DNA from: Azolla caroliniana
Lineage: Eukaryota > Plantae > Polypodiophyta
Reading direction: 5' to 3'
NCBI GenBank assembly: GCA_043228905.1
Contig: JBHGNT010000005.1
Location: forward strand, 11,346,001-11,410,000
Length of the DNA stretch: 64,000 bases
How positions within the stretch are numbered: position 1 is the first letter of the stretch; the number at the start of each line of letters is the position of its first letter. The notes beneath the pieces were generated by a model. That model was not told the origin of the DNA, did no database searches, and saw only the letters and a list, made by a program, of their open reading frames with translations. Of the stretch, positions 38,601-52,827 are shown piece after piece. The position numbers were made by a program, and so were the translations under genes.

Positions 38601-39387
38601 CGCGGATCATCATCGGCTTCTATCCAGTTTTAACAATTAAGATCGGGTATGGCTACTTAGAAAATTAATGATGTCGCTTTTCGTCTCGATCTACCTCCAC
38701 AACTTTGGATACATCCGGTGTTTCATAGTTCTCTCCTCAAACCCTATCAAGATAACACCATCCTAGGTCGTATTAAACAACCTCCACCCCCGATCGAACG
38801 TGAAGATGGACCTGAGTACGAGGTTGCCGCGATTCTCGATTCCAAGATTGTTCGCAATAAGCTCTACTATTTAGGCAATTGGCTAGGATATAGTCCCAAC
38901 GAGCATACTTGGGAACCAATAGAGAATGTGACTAATGCTCGTGCTCTTCTTGAAGACTTCCATCGTCAATATCCAGAAAAACCGGGTCCTCATCCTGACC
39001 ATTAGGTTATATGTTGTAATACGAAAGATATAATTTTCATTTAAGTTTTACTATAGAAAATTGATGTATATTCCAGATTTCTCTGGAACATTCTAGAAAC
39101 TTCAGGAGTACTCCTGAAAACACTATAAAAGGAGGCACAAGGCATTATTTCGAACCAAATCGGTTCAACGTCAGTCTTAAGTCTCCTAGCTACTATTGTA
39201 TATTCTCTTAACATAATATATATCTTTTGTTATCGTCACTCTCTCTCTCACTCACTCACTCACTCTTTCCTTCTCTCGAGAGTTCTACACCTCCCATAGT
39301 ACTAATCCTCATCTTTTAGTACTAAATCATTCTCTGTCTTAGTACTGTTCCTAACAGTACTTCTCTATCTTAGTACTTCTCCCGATA
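35630..39387 (+). mobile_element. Ty3/gypsy chromovirus (Tcn1-like) pol and 3' LTR, degenerate
   Basis: PR ALVDSGANSCF, RT (YLDD at ~36761), RNase H (DTSDFALG..NYEIHDKELLAI), IN, and chromodomain EYEVAAILD..YYLGNWLGY..HTWEP; LTR ~39000-39387. Confidence 0.88.
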
Positions 39388-39729
39388 GTGGGATTGGGAA
39401 AAGAAATTGTTCAATGCGGTGTTTAAGGGTAAAGAAGAAGTCATTGAAGAAGGCATTATCACCTTGACGGAAAAAAAGAAGAAGATTTCAAATGATATCC
39501 AAGGAGAAGAACATCTAAGGCAAAACAATGATCTTATAAAGGATTACAATGCGTTGTAGCACAAGAGTTTCATTTATTATATGGAGGACTTGAGGTGGTG
39601 TCATTTATTGTTGTAGTTTCAAAGAAGATGACATCAACTTCAAACCCTTAAATGATTCAACCAAATGAGATCTATTTTCCATTCCTTTTAGAGATGAGAT
39701 CGTAGATGGAATAGTCGTCTATACAAGAC

Positions 39730-41542
39730 TGTCACCGACACACAAACCATGAACTTGGATGGAGCACGGTGTCACGGATATCCGCGAGTCTTTGTTGAAA
39801 TGAGCGGGACCACCGAGGTCTTGGACCAAGGAGCCGGTGAGAGAAGGTTGTCCGGTTTGGTTTCCGGATAACTTTGCCGCATCGGTTTCAGGACACGTAT
39901 CCGATCCTGATCAATTCCTGGATGCCGAACGGTGAACGCACGGGCTCAGAGATGTATACTGCACAGGACTGGATGGTGGATAACATCAATGAGCTCATGG
40001 GCTCACACACTCAGAAACGGGCCGTGAAACGAGAATAGCACAGAGACAAGGACACAGGATGCCCCAACGCACGGAGAAGACTCAACAAAATGGATGATTA
40101 AACCTAACGATTAACCAACAAAGAACTTTCTAGAACTTTCTAGAGGTATGTGACTAAAGAGTATTTCTAGATCAAATATATCAATATAATTGATCATATC
40201 CAAATGGTTGTGCATGATATCTCATTGAGTAGGTTCAATCCTCACCAACTATGTATTTTATGTCATTGTGTTGTGACATTATCCTCCCCTTTATGACTGG
40301 CTTTTCGAAAGAGTGTTGTAGGGGTGAACGGGAATTGGACCACCGATGGTCATCCATGTGCGGTCCTCACCGGGGACTAGAACACCAATGGACGTGAACG
40401 ACCATGTGCAGTCCTCACTGAAGACACGAATAGTAATGGACGAAGGAGAGCAGGTGAAGTGGTTGACCCGACTTCATCTATCATGAGAGGGTAAATAGTT
40501 GAGGTTGACCCAAAACACCACACAAAGGTAGCGCTATCGAGAAACTGACGCAATCCCCACCAGGAAAGTGGGCAGTTGGGACCCCCACCGGAACAAGACG
40601 GTGAATGATTGAAATTGATCCTCATCAAAGAAAAGTGGAGCGAAATGTGGACCAAAATGAAAATGGACTGCAAGCGAGCAAAGAAATGATTCGATCCCCA
40701 CAAGGGAAGTGAGTGGTTGTAACCCCAACCGGAACTGTGAGGGAGAGTGATTGAAATCAATCCTCACCAAAGTTGTGATGCAAAATGATACCTATAGATG
40801 ATGACAATGACAATGAAGAGGGTGGAGCAATAATGATAATGAAAGACCTTGCAAAGTAGTGTTGATAACGATGAAGGTTGGGCGACATAGCATTGATGAA
40901 GACAACAAGAGGTGCTGAAAACTGATGATGTCGAAGACGAGGCAATGAAGACGATGACGATGAGCAAATGTCTCTAGAAGGAACAACTGTGACTATGGTG
41001 ATGATGGCGTCTCTAAATCCAAGGATGTTGATGACAGTAACTCGGGAAGCAAGGACGGTAACAATGGTAACTCTAAAAGCAAGTGCGATGACGAAGACGA
41101 GTGATGCTTCTAGCATGAGGGGATTCCAACTATCATGGACATACCAACCGTGGACTCAGACGGAGCATGGATGATGGGGCTAAGAGCATGGAACTTAATA
41201 AGTTGGTAAGGACACAAGAGCCTGAAGACAGAGATAAAGATCAAGGAGACAAGATGGGGTGAAACTGGAATATTAGATTGATGTGTTAATGATTGGTGTT
41301 GAATCCCATGAAGGCGAGTTGAAGTACATGCATTAGAATACTTTGGAGAATATTCTAGAATCCTTTAGAACCTTCTAGTTCCAGACCTTTCTAGAGGTAT
41401 ATGACTAAAGCATATTTTTAGATCAAGTATATTATATATAAGTAAATGCTCATATCAAAATGGTTGTGCATGATATCTTCTTGAGTGAGGTTGCAAGTTC
41501 AATCCTCACCAATTATGTATTTTATGTCACTGTGTCAGGACA
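39730..41542 (-). mobile_element. Non-coding LTR retroelement (TRIM/LARD-like)
   Basis: 3' LTR TGTCAC...GTGACA at 39730-40278 with a minus-strand PPT at 40279-40293; partial second LTR ~41330-41542; TSD AAGAC/AAGTC; no recognisable pol. Confidence 0.7.
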
Positions 41543-41948
41543 AAGTCAAGGTACTGTGGAGAATATGGTGTGGCACGAAGAAATTCATGTGCATGAATCA
41601 AAGAACAAGGTAATTTAAAAGGTAACAACTCCAACAAGTCTCAAAGCTTTGAAAGTATTTGTGCAAAAAGTTTGCTCGCTTGAAAAAGTTTATTCATATG
41701 CTGACATGATTACTTCAATCAAGAAATATGCATTGCATGACCCTATGTAATCTCCAAGATTTGATAAAGACATAATAATTGTGATAACCTCTTTTTTTGT
41801 GTTGACAAATAGGAAGATGGTGATGACAATTGCTAACTTAGGTGTTTGTGTGGGTGTGTGTCAAGGAGTGTGAGATTTTTTTCTTACCACTTAACTAGGG
41901 GGTTTTTTCTCACACAATAATTTGTTATATTTTTTGTATTTATACTCC

Positions 41949-43125
41949 TATTGGGAATTTGGTCCCTCTAGTGTGCTTGTAAAAGCTATATTTGTAGATA
42001 GTCCTAAAGTCATAGAAGTATAAATATTACTTAGGGCAATCACTTTCGTTAGTGAGTTATTATCATTCTGTTGTATGTATATATAGAGAGATATAGAACT
42101 CGAGGTCGATTCCGCGAAGTCTTCTGTTGTACCATCTTCTTGTATAGTGATAGTTGGAGTCTGTGGGCTCCGTGGTTTTTCCCTATTAGGGTTTTCCACA
42201 TAAACATCCTCGTCGTCTATTTTTCCTTTGTTCTTGCATAAAGTGTTTGAGGCTCGGTTGTGGTCGAGCACTATTCCATACAAACTGGTATCAGAACAAG
42301 GTTCTAAACCTTGAAGAAAATAGAAGAGTCATTCGGAAGCATGTTCAAGCTCACCGGCTCTAACTACCCAGTGTGGAAGTCGAAGATGAGGGACATGCTC
42401 GTAGTCAATGATCTCTGGCTGCTGGTACAGTTCGGGGACAAGAAATCAGACAAGATCGATGCCACGACATGGGAGGTCATGCACATGAGACTGTAGAAGT
42501 TCGTTGCATTGTCGACAACGGAAGCGAAGTACATGGCAGCCGTGGAAGCCAGCAAGGAAGTAATTTGGATGAAGGACTTCATCGGGGAGCTAGGGATCCG
42601 ATTGGAGGAATACAGGTTCTACTGCGATAAACAAAGTGCCATCCACCTTGTGAAGGACGTGGCTTACCATTCCCGGAGAAAGGACATCCAGAGAAGATAC
42701 GACTGGCTCCAAGAGAAGGTAGAAGATCAAGACTTTGTGCTGACGAAGATCCACACAGAGGAAAACAGGTTAGATATGTTGACCAACGTGCTGTCAACCG
42801 ACGAACTAGACACGTGCCGGAGACAGATCAGACTAATGAGAAATCCCATGCCAAAGTGAAGGGGGAGTTTGTTGGGAATTCGGTCCCTCCGGATGGGATC
42901 TAGATGAGAACCGAACGAGCCGGATCGAACGAGCCAAAGGAAGGAACCGAACCAGACCGGAAGGTATTCGGATGGATCCAGTGTGAACCGGATCTAGGGA
43001 CATATGTGCAAATATGTTTCTAGTGTGCCTGTAAAGGCTATATTTGTAAATAGTACTAAAGTCAAATAAGTACAAATATGACTTAGGGCAATCACTTTAG
43101 TTAGTGAGTTATTATCATTCTATTG

Positions 43126-43170
<45 letters not shown>

Positions 43171-43393
43171 TTTTTGTTGTAACCGCCGGTTGGCGAAGAT
43201 ATAGAACTCGAGGTTGTTGCCTCTAAGTCTTCTATTGTACCTCCTTCTTGTATAGTGATAGTTGGAGTCTGTGGGTTCTTGTGGTTTTTCCCTATTAGGG
43301 TTTTTCCACGTAAACATCCTACGTCGTCTGTTTTTCCTATGTTCTTCAATTAACTGTTTGAGGCTCGGTTGTGGCTGAGTGCTATTCCGCACA
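41949..43393 (+). mobile_element. 1.4-kb mini-copia (gag N-terminus fused to RNase H C-terminus)
   Basis: LTRs 41949-42282 and 42870-43393, PBS 42286, PPT 42858-42869, TSD ACTCC. Confidence 0.88.
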
Positions 43394-43699
43394 ACTCCTT
43401 TGTCTATAGAATAGCATAATGCGAAGGAGTTTTTTCTTCTTCTTTTTAGGCTCACCATAAATGGTTTGCTCAAGAAGCAAGCAAGGGGGCTAAATATGTA
43501 GTCAGTCTTTGTTCTTAATAAAAAACCATTGCAAATATGTTGGATGCTAAAATGTTTAATAATAAAGAGAAAAATTAAAGGTTCAAGTATTAACAGAGGA
43601 AGAAAATGGATGGAAAATAAAGTTAGAGGTGTTTTCAAAAGTTGGGTAAAGCAAAGATGAAGAAAAAACCCAGAAAAACCCAGAAAAAAACAAGGCGTG

Positions 43700-46340
43700 G
43701 ATATGAAGATTTGGGTTCCCATTCCCAAATGCCCAAGTTGTAATAGGTTTGCTCGCTAATGATGTTGAGCCTGAAGCACCATCGATGATTGTTTTGGGAA
43801 CCTCTTGTCCTTTAATGATGACCGTCACTAGCGGATTATGTTCGGCCATCATGCCTGATTCCTCACTCGGATTCGTGAATTGTATTGGGCTACGAGTAGT
43901 GATTCCTTTTTTTGTGTGGCCGTGATTTTTTCTGTGAATTGGGGTACCAACTATAAGACTCTACCTAGAGGTATTGTTATTTGACAATTTGCTAGTTCTC
44001 GCCATGCCAGATTCTTTGTGCATGATAGTTCTTCCGATCTGGTGTTGGCCCCCGTCTTTTGCTTGTTCAAGTCTCGTAATACCTACTCCGCATTTTGTTG
44101 ATTAGCTTTTTCTACCCATTGTTGGGTTGTCTTCCGTACCATTTCCTGGGCTTCCCATTCCGTGGTCTATCCTTTTGCTCGGGTGGTGACTTGCTACACA
44201 TCGGCCAATTCTACGGTTACCATATTTACTGCCGGTTGTTTTTCTATTGCCTTGACCAGACATTGGTTGTTGTAATGTCCTTCATGTACAGTTTTCTCGA
44301 TCCACTTGGTTCCCATTTTTCTGCCACTATTGGTCCTGTTTCGGGGACCATCCACGCTATTTCCTCCGTTCTCCTTGGTTCCGATTGGAATACACCGCCA
44401 TCCGGCAATGCTTTTCTGGCATCCGGAGCTCGTCAGTAATCCTGTTGTTGATCGTGGTGCTTGTTCCCCCAATTGTGGTGACCTTGTCGGGGGTCATTTT
44501 TCTGATGTTGATTGTGGTGCCCCTATAGGTGCGAATATTTTCGTTCCATTCCTGTGTTTTGATCATAGTCCAGAGAGTAATCCTGGACGTATCTTTCCCG
44601 TGGGTACTCGTCTCTCCTTCGGGTGTCCTCATACCGGAATCTTCCATCCAATCCATATCGGTCATCTCGCCGAAAACGTTCTTCTTCAAGTTGTCGTTCA
44701 TCTCGGGACTCTATTTCGCGTACTAGTGTTGCTTGCCAATTTAATAGGTTGTACTCGCATCGGTCTATCGTGTGTGCCCTTGAGTGGCACAATGCACAAT
44801 GTGTTTTCATTGTGCATTTCAGGTTTAAGTGACCTATGTTTGGGAAGGTTGTGCACTGTAGTGCCTGGCTGAATCACAGTTCTTCCTCCTTGGGCAATGC
44901 TCATTGTAATGCCCCCATTATCATGTTGTTGCTATTCTGGGCCCGATCCATATCGAGCACTCGTCCTGAAATCCAAGACTGCCAACGTCGTCTAGAGCGG
45001 CTCCCATAAAGCCATCAAAAATATTTCCTTTACTTCGTCTTCCAGTGGTGACTGCGTAAGCTGTTTTTGTAGATTCTGGAATCGAATAATAAATTGTGGC
45101 ACCATCTTGTTTGCTTCCTAATATCTTGCGTAGAACCTGTCGATGAGCTCTTGCTGGGCGACTTGTTAGTGAAACAATCGAATGAATTTGTCCTGGAGTT
45201 GTTGGAATTGAGTGAAATCTTCCGGTTTGTGTTGGGAGTACCAACACGCGGCGTGTCCTTCCAATGACAAACTGAATTCCACAATTTTTTATTTTTCTAT
45301 TTCTGCCTCTGAAAGTCGTTGTGAGATAAGGATTACACAAACGTGTGCCTTGGCCTCCGACTAATCAATATATTTGGGATAAGGATACAACATCGTGTCC
45401 TCTTCATCAGCATGTTTTGTCGTGGCTGGTAGTGTTTGTACCGGGATAATTTCCTCTATCGGTGGGGCCAGTGTCTTGGTCTCTGATTCTACTGGTTGTG
45501 TTGGTGTCTTGATCTCCGATTCTAATGTTCATAACCACTCTAATAGCTCCTCTGGTTACTCTAGAGTGTCGTGACTGAATAAATAATTGAACTTGATGCT
45601 CCACTCATCATTCGTATCGTTATCTTATTCCAATTCGAATGCCTAAAAGGCACCCGAATCCCCTACCCTGGCTACTAAGGTTGGCAATATGGATTCAACA
45701 TCGACCAAGTTTGTTAAGATGATTTCATCGTCTGGGCGACATTGATTCTGTATACAAATTGTTTCTTCCATCACCCTCCGAAGCGTTCTTGGAAAAGACC
45801 GATCATGCCGAATCTCCTTGGCCGCCTGCTAGTACGCTTTCCGTGTCCTCGCTCGTTCAGCTATTGGGTCGTTTGTCTATCTAGACGACATCCATCCTCC
45901 TTCGTTCATTGCTCCGTGTAGAAATTGTGATTGCCGAAATTGTGTTTAACCTGAACTAAGTCTTAGACACAAACACAAGGTACTCCTTTCCCGGAATACT
46001 ATCCAAAGGTGTGGTTGGAGAGATGGATTGATACACACATATGATTAAAGCTTATCCGCTTACGTTCCAATACACATACATAGTATTTGGTTACGAATTA
46101 ACACGCGTAGGATTATAACATAAGAGTGCAAAAGGCAAGTACACAAGATAGAACACAATATACTATGTCACTCGCTCTTAATTCATACAATCCAGACTCC
46201 TTATATAGGTAGCCGGTAAGGATACAAAACAGTGCATACATAGACCAGTAAGGATACAAACTGGCGCGGCTCCGGATCGGTACATTTTTCTCGATCCATC
46301 ATTACTTAATATAATATTCCTAAATATCTATTATCTGAAA
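43700..46340 (-). mobile_element. Truncated Ty3/gypsy-like gag-protease with probable LTR
   Basis: CCHC knuckle CALCHSRAHTIDRC; protease-like VPKTIIDGASG; LTR-like segment ~45925-46340. Boundaries are approximate. Confidence 0.55.
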
Positions 46341-47009
46341 CTCCGGTTTATACTCTTCTCTAGGAAACATTTTTTAGAAAAAAAGCAAGAATAAAACAAC
46401 AGAAAACCTATAAATAAGAGTGTTAGATTACCCAAAAGGGGGACTCAACGGAGGAATAATATAAGATCTACAATAAGTGAGAAGGGGGACCTGAAGGAGG
46501 AATAGAAGATCAACAAGAAGTGAGAATGGGCTTGTTAGAAAGAGGAGGAATAGAAGATCTGCAAGAAGCAAGAAGGGGCTTGGGAAACAGAGGAAGAATA
46601 GAAGATTTAGAGGAAGTGAGAAGGGTCTTTTTAGAAGGAGGAAGAATAGAATATCGGCAAGAAGCGAGAAGGTCTTGGGAGACAGAGGAAGAATAGAAGA
46701 TTTAGAAGAAGTGGGAAGGGTCTTGTTAGAAGGAAGAAGAGTAGAAGGTTAAAAGTGGTGAGATGAAGAATAGTAGAAGAAAGAAAGAGATGAAGGAAGA
46801 ATAGTGAAAGAAAGATATGAGTTTGGGTGATTGGAATCAAGTAGTTCTTTGGTTTTGTGGTTGTATTTGGAGTTTATCCAGTTTGTGTTGCCTCCATAAT
46901 AGAATATTGTAGCATTCTTGTCTCTTTCTCTTCTCTTGTCTATCTTTTCTCTATACACTCTTATAGAAGCCTTTGGAGGTGTATCCACCTCCATTGTTTG
47001 ACCTCAACA

Positions 47010-47749
47010 TTTTCACTTTATGGCCGGATCTGTTTTCGGCTTCGACTACCACTGAACGAAAACTTCAAGCACTTCATCTTTGGACTTAATCGAGTAAGCC
47101 CAAACTTTTCGTGTACAATCATCGACGAAAGAGATGAAGTATCAGTAGCCTCCTAGGGATCTTTCAAGCATCGGCCCACAAATATTGATCTGAACCAATT
47201 TTAGGGGTTGTCATACCATCTCATAAAGGATTGAGTATGGACTTCAGGTCTATTTCCCATATGGAAGATGCTCGTAGAAGTCCGTTTGAGCTTGATGGAA
47301 TTTTGGTATATAACCGATTTCCAATAGCCGGTCTAATCCAGCTTGTGAGATATGGCCGAGTCGGCCATGTCATAACGTTGCATTCGGCATTTTGGCTACA
47401 TGGAGTGATCCCTCCGAACTTATCACTGTTAGCAAGTAGGCGTTTGGTAGTGTGTGTAGTAGGTGTTTGGCTTCCCGTTCCACGACTTCAACCATGGGCA
47501 ATCTTTTCTCCTCCTCGACTGGCTTTGTCTTTGGCCAGTTCTCTAGGTTGTTTTTGCCGATAAGTGGGCTTCTGCATTGTCGTTAATGGTGAATCCCATT
47601 GAACTTCATCGGATATCTTCTGATAGTATCGTCCTGATAGCCTCATCTAGTGTTAACATCGGAGAGTTCTTCGTGAACATGCTACAGAAAACTTCCCAAC
47701 TCGGCGGCAATGTTAGCCGGTCGGACCCACTGACTAAGCTAGCCAAATT
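47010..47749 (-). mobile_element. Degenerate copia gag/integrase fragments
   Basis: Minus-strand YFISFVDDCTRKVWAY (IN) and TLPPSWEVF..LTLDEAI..LSED (gag). Confidence 0.55.
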
Positions 47750-49254
47750 ATATGGGTGAAAGCACACTACGGTGTACCAACTTTTGGCCAAAATTTTACT
47801 ACTAATTCGATGAGGAGGAAAGGAAAATAATCCAATACTTGGTTTAAAAAAGTTGGGGTTGTTGGGTCACAGTCCTAGGTAATGTTGTACGGAAATCTTA
47901 ACTGTAGAAGATCTCGAGTAGTCACGCAATTATGAATATAGTAAGTATGTCTCTCTCTCGCTCTCTCTCTTGCCACATATGTTCATCTCAAACTGTCAGT
48001 TAGTCTGTCTCCCTCCCTCTCTCTCCTTCCCCCTTCTACTCGTTGATTCCCAAGGTTCGTACCTCCTCTCCCCCTCTCTGTCTCTCTTCTACCTTCTGTA
48101 CAGGTTTGTGCAGACTCCAAGCGCGTCATTGCTCGTCGTTCATACCTCCTCTACCCTCTCTGTCTCTCTTCCACCTTCGACACAGGTCTCTGCAGACTCC
48201 ACCTCTGCTCTGCTGGCCGTGTCCCCTCTGTTGGTTGTGACCTCTACTTTGCTCTACCTCCAAGTGTTCTCAAGTCACTATGTTCCCTCTACTTGGTGTG
48301 TCCGTTTGCTTGCAACCCGTGCTTCAAACATGTCCCCTCTGCAAGGACTTCAGAAAGGTAATCCTGCTATCTGCAACCCTAACGACATCTGAAAAGGTAA
48401 TCCTGCTTTAGGCTTACCTTCACGTTCTGCTACATGTTAGGGTTTTGTTGTTGTTGTTTGTGTTGTTCTCCCTTGATCATTTCAGACACTTGTACATGCA
48501 TATGCTTGAAATTGAGAGTGTTTTACATGCATATGTCATTTATTGCATGATTTAGAATTTGGTACATGTTGACATATTGGAAGATGGTTCTGTGATGGTA
48601 CGCTACAATGATTTTTCATGGTTTAGCATATATATGTTGTGTTTCAGGAGTTAACATTATGTTGTAGGTTTTATCTTTGTTGTTGATGTTTTTGTCTCAT
48701 TGTTGTTCTTATTATGCGTGATTTAATCATATGATGAAAAAAGACAGTTGTGATTGATCTATTGTTATTTTCTATTGTTGTGTGTGTGAGGTGAAGAAGA
48801 GAGATAGGACTCAAATGACAAGGAAGACACCCACGAAGACGAAAATGGTCAAAGAAAATGTCAACACACCATGAAAGGAAAGAAAAAGGGACCCCATGAA
48901 AGAAAGTAAGATGACCCCCACCAAAGGGAGGTTTAAGTTGTCAACATCTCATGGCAAGAATATGTTCACAAACATCCTTCGAGGTAGAAAGTTAGGATGG
49001 GGATATTTCCTTCGTGCACGACCTTACACTTATGAAGACGTAGACATGTGGATGATCAAAACATGGGCTCATCACAACCGGAGACAAGGAGAGGTTTTCA
49101 CCTCAATCAATTGAAGAAGGATTATATCACTGAACAAAAGTCATGATATGAACAAGTTTATGATACAAAACATATCCTAAACAATGAGGTAGGAACTGTT
49201 TTTGCACGTGCATTTGCATGTGAACTCCATGGTGGCATTGAAGTTGATTGGGAA

Positions 49255-50696
49255 GATGTACAAGTATTGTACATTGGTCATTGTACCAATGCATTGACTG
49301 AACCTCATTTTGAACTTTAAAGGTATAGTTCTCTGCAAAGTCAATAACCGATACCATAACATCCGGTGGTAAGTTATTTATACATTCCTTGAACTGTGAA
49401 TTTTGCCAATAACTCCTAAAGTTATGTGGAATGAACTCCCCGAGTTGCTTCCTAAACTCTGAGACAAGGGTAGCAACACATGTCTCCTTATATACTTCCT
49501 TGATACGCTTACTAACGAGACCCTTACCTATATTTTCAGTCACATACTCTAAATATGTCCATTTCACAATATGACAGTTATCCACGTCAACCTGCTGTCT
49601 ACAAAATAACGGTTCTGGGCAAACCTTACATGTTCTGACAAGACATGTACGATTATGCCACTCAGATGATGGTTTTTTTTCACAAATAAAAGACCTCCAT
49701 AACTCAGAAACTGTTGCATAAGTCATGTTTCGTGCATTACATCTATTACCACTCCCATTTGGTCTACATACCTCACAAGTGCCAACACACCCATCCCCGT
49801 GTATACCCTTAGAATCAGTACACATACTGTTCGCATCAAGCCTTAACATGTCCATTTCACAGAACAACATGTGTTCCTCTCCTTTAACTTTTTAACAAAA
49901 AATGGTTTCAAAACTTGGAACTTGCGAAATCCAAGATTGATGCTAGGATGTTGGTCTTTGAAGTTCATGAACAATTCAGCCTACATCAAAAAAATATGCA
50001 ACATTAATAGAAGCATTTAGTAAACAACAAAATATTTAAAACCAAATAGATAAAAAATTGAATTACCTCAGTCATCTCCAAGAAGTGTCTTGGGTGAATA
50101 TGGTACCTACCCCAACTTATACGTTGTCTACATACATCTTTTTTATTCGGTGAGACACGTGTGTTTTTTGCCCAAAAGGAACCCACTTCCTCAATAATCT
50201 CATGAGACAATGCATCACATCGTCGTCTACGACCTAACCCCAATCACTTAAATTGATTTGATTGTATATTTGTCCGATGCTTCCTCAAGTTCCTTCTTTG
50301 GATACCAAGTGCTAAGGCAACTTTAGTATCACTATATTTTTTTTCAGTTGTACCATTTACAACCATGTGAAGGGTTGCGCTCTTTGCACCAAGCTTATCT
50401 ATGCTCTCTACCCCTTTCACTAAGTGTAGGGATGAGTTCATACACTCTACAATTTCCTCTGAAACACATTGGTCCCTAAACTTAATATTCTCCATGTCTT
50501 CATTCAAAAGTTGATGGTGCGACACTCTAGAGATAATATCCCTACGATCCTCCAAGCTAAATCTCTCAATTACTTCTTGTAAATAACGGACTATGTGAAG
50601 AACAAACCGTCTCTTGCTCCTCTCAGACATAGATTTGCTAAGGGACACCTCGCTCTGCTCATCGACGACCATTGTCACTCTCATATATTCCAACAC
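49255..50696 (-). pseudogene. Sola2-like transposase, N-terminal part only
   Basis: VIDFAENYTFKVQNEVQSMHWYNDQCTILVH motif preceded by a Cys-rich region. It breaks off before the second and third catalytic residues; there is a probable intron at ~49981-50065. Confidence 0.75.
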
Positions 50697-51684
50697 CTAA
50701 TTTCTTGTTATTCCAGCACCTAATTAATCAGAATAAGTGCTTAATACATCATAAAATAAACATAGTTAATACCCCATAGCATAAACATCAACCAGAAATC
50801 GGATAAACATTTGAGAGTTTGCCACAGTCACATATTCCTTTTCCAAAACAATTAACTTTTAAGAAATAATTGCATCAATTAACTTGTTGTTTGAAATACA
50901 TAAGTTTTATGACTCACAAGATGATGAGATGCATGCATACTATTTACATCATGAAGTCTTCTTAACTACAGTTTAAGACAAAGATAAGTATAACATAACT
51001 CATGTTATGCATGTCATAACACAAACACTATTCATTTGCTTTTTCCATCAAAAACGCCCCCATCAATGAAATTCAAATCCACTGATTCATCAAACCGTTT
51101 ATCAAGCCTTATTAACATATTGGTATTCATGTTAAACGTTTCAACCCATATAAAACCTTAACATGGATCAATTTAAGACTCCCCTGAAGATTGCCAGAAC
51201 ATACAGAAACAATTTATGTTTAGCGTTTTCCATGATGAATAACTTATGTCAACTCAAATTGTATATTTTGCTGCTCCTGGCAGGTCATTTTACAAGCCTA
51301 GCCTGGATGTTGCTAATCCATTATATCATTAAAACATCCACAATGATCAGTAAAATGACCCGAAGCACTTGGTTGAAACCATTGGTCAGAACATTACAGA
51401 CTCCAAATATGCAGGTTCTAACCACTTGGCTGGTGTAAATATTTCAGATTCATGTTATCATGTCATGTTTACATTATTTTAAGATTCCTATTCAACATTA
51501 ATCTTCATATATGTAAATTTAAGATTGCTAGAGTATACATTCAATTAATAGTACTGTATAGAAATAACCACTTTATACAAATAGGCGTAGACATACTGAG
51601 TGAAAGAGAAGATGGAGAAGACATACCGATGGAAGGAGAAGATGGGGAAGGCGGGTGACGCAGAGAACAACAAATCGGGTTTCG

Positions 51685-51805
51685 AGTGCGCTGTGAAGAC
51701 CTGAGTTGGAAGACGGAAGACCAGAGAGCACTGTGAAGACCTGAGTTGGAAGGCAGAAGACCAGAGTGCGCTATGAAGACCTGCGTTGTCTCAGTTGGAA
51801 GGTGG
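51685..51805 (+). repeat. ~39-bp tandem repeat x3 in the Sola2 subterminal region
   Basis: CT(G/A)TGAAGACCTG(A/C)GTTG.. occurs three times. Confidence 0.7.
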
Positions 51806-52793
51806 AAGAGGACAAGCGCCAAGAGGATTTAATGTGCCGTCCTAAATTAAACATGAGGGGGAAATAGCCCCCAAAACAGTCCTGAGTACGCAACAACTGT
51901 CCCCCCACCCATTCCCTGACTTTAATGCAACGTACACCACTCCCTAAAAATATTTTAATTATTTTCAATTTTTTTTAAATCACTCAGTACTAACAGTACT
52001 CGTGTTATTTTTGGCCAAAAACAATACTTTTTTGGTACACTGTAGCGTGCTTCAACCCATATAGCTTGAAACATTAGTAAATGGGTAAAAGCATGCGAGT
52101 GGAAACACTATTATAGCTAATTAGTTGGTAAAATGGCTATAGCTATTTAGCTAGTTTTTTGTGGGCAAATCATAAGGATTATTTACAAAATTTTATGCTT
52201 TATTAATTAAATACATGTCATTTAATTTATGAGAATACTCAAAAATTTGAACTTTGGTTTTTGACGTAGTGGACCTTGGGGAATAGTGACCTCATCTAAA
52301 CTCGACTTGAATGTCCCCAAATTCCTGTTAATCCCGAGTTTGAGTTCAAAATCCGAACAGATGGAGTACTCTAAGCATGAACGCAAATGAAGCTCCCGCA
52401 ACAGCCCAAAAACTCTTCTATTGACATTGCATCGTTAGAGCTACAACACACCTCCAGTTCGATTCTCGTCTAGGTATGTATCCATTACACATTAAAAAAT
52501 ATATATTTTTTCCTTTCTGATAACTATAACTTTGTTGCCTATTCATCTTTTATAAAAAAAGATTAGGGCGAAGTTGTTGGAGTCCCAAACAAGGATGTCT
52601 CAAAGATTGGGGTGTAGCAGTGCAGTTGTGTTTCTGATTGTTATGTATGATTGTCCCTTCTTATGGGCGAGTCAGCCGAAAAACCGAAACGAGACTCGGT
52701 TGGCCGAAGTCGGCTGAAAAGTTGAAAAGCCAAAAATGTAACTCCGCCGAATGGAAGTTCGAAAGAATGGACGATTATATATATACATATATA

Positions 52794-52827
<34 letters not shown>

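Larger units (their letters stand above)
47754..52058 (-). mobile_element. Sola2-like DNA transposon, internally deleted
   Basis: TIR GGGTGAAAGCACACTACGGTGTACCAA versus TTGGTACACTGTAGCGTGCTTCAACCC; GGG..CCC termini; TSD ATAT (47750-47753, 52059-52062). Confidence 0.82.

Noticed and set aside
39388-41950. Host gene in the flanks of the 39730-41542 element, and hydrophobic ORFs at 40377-41116
   Set aside because: The flanks look like very degenerate retroelement pol, and the ORFs derive from GAT/GAC-rich low-complexity sequence; there is not enough support to call either.
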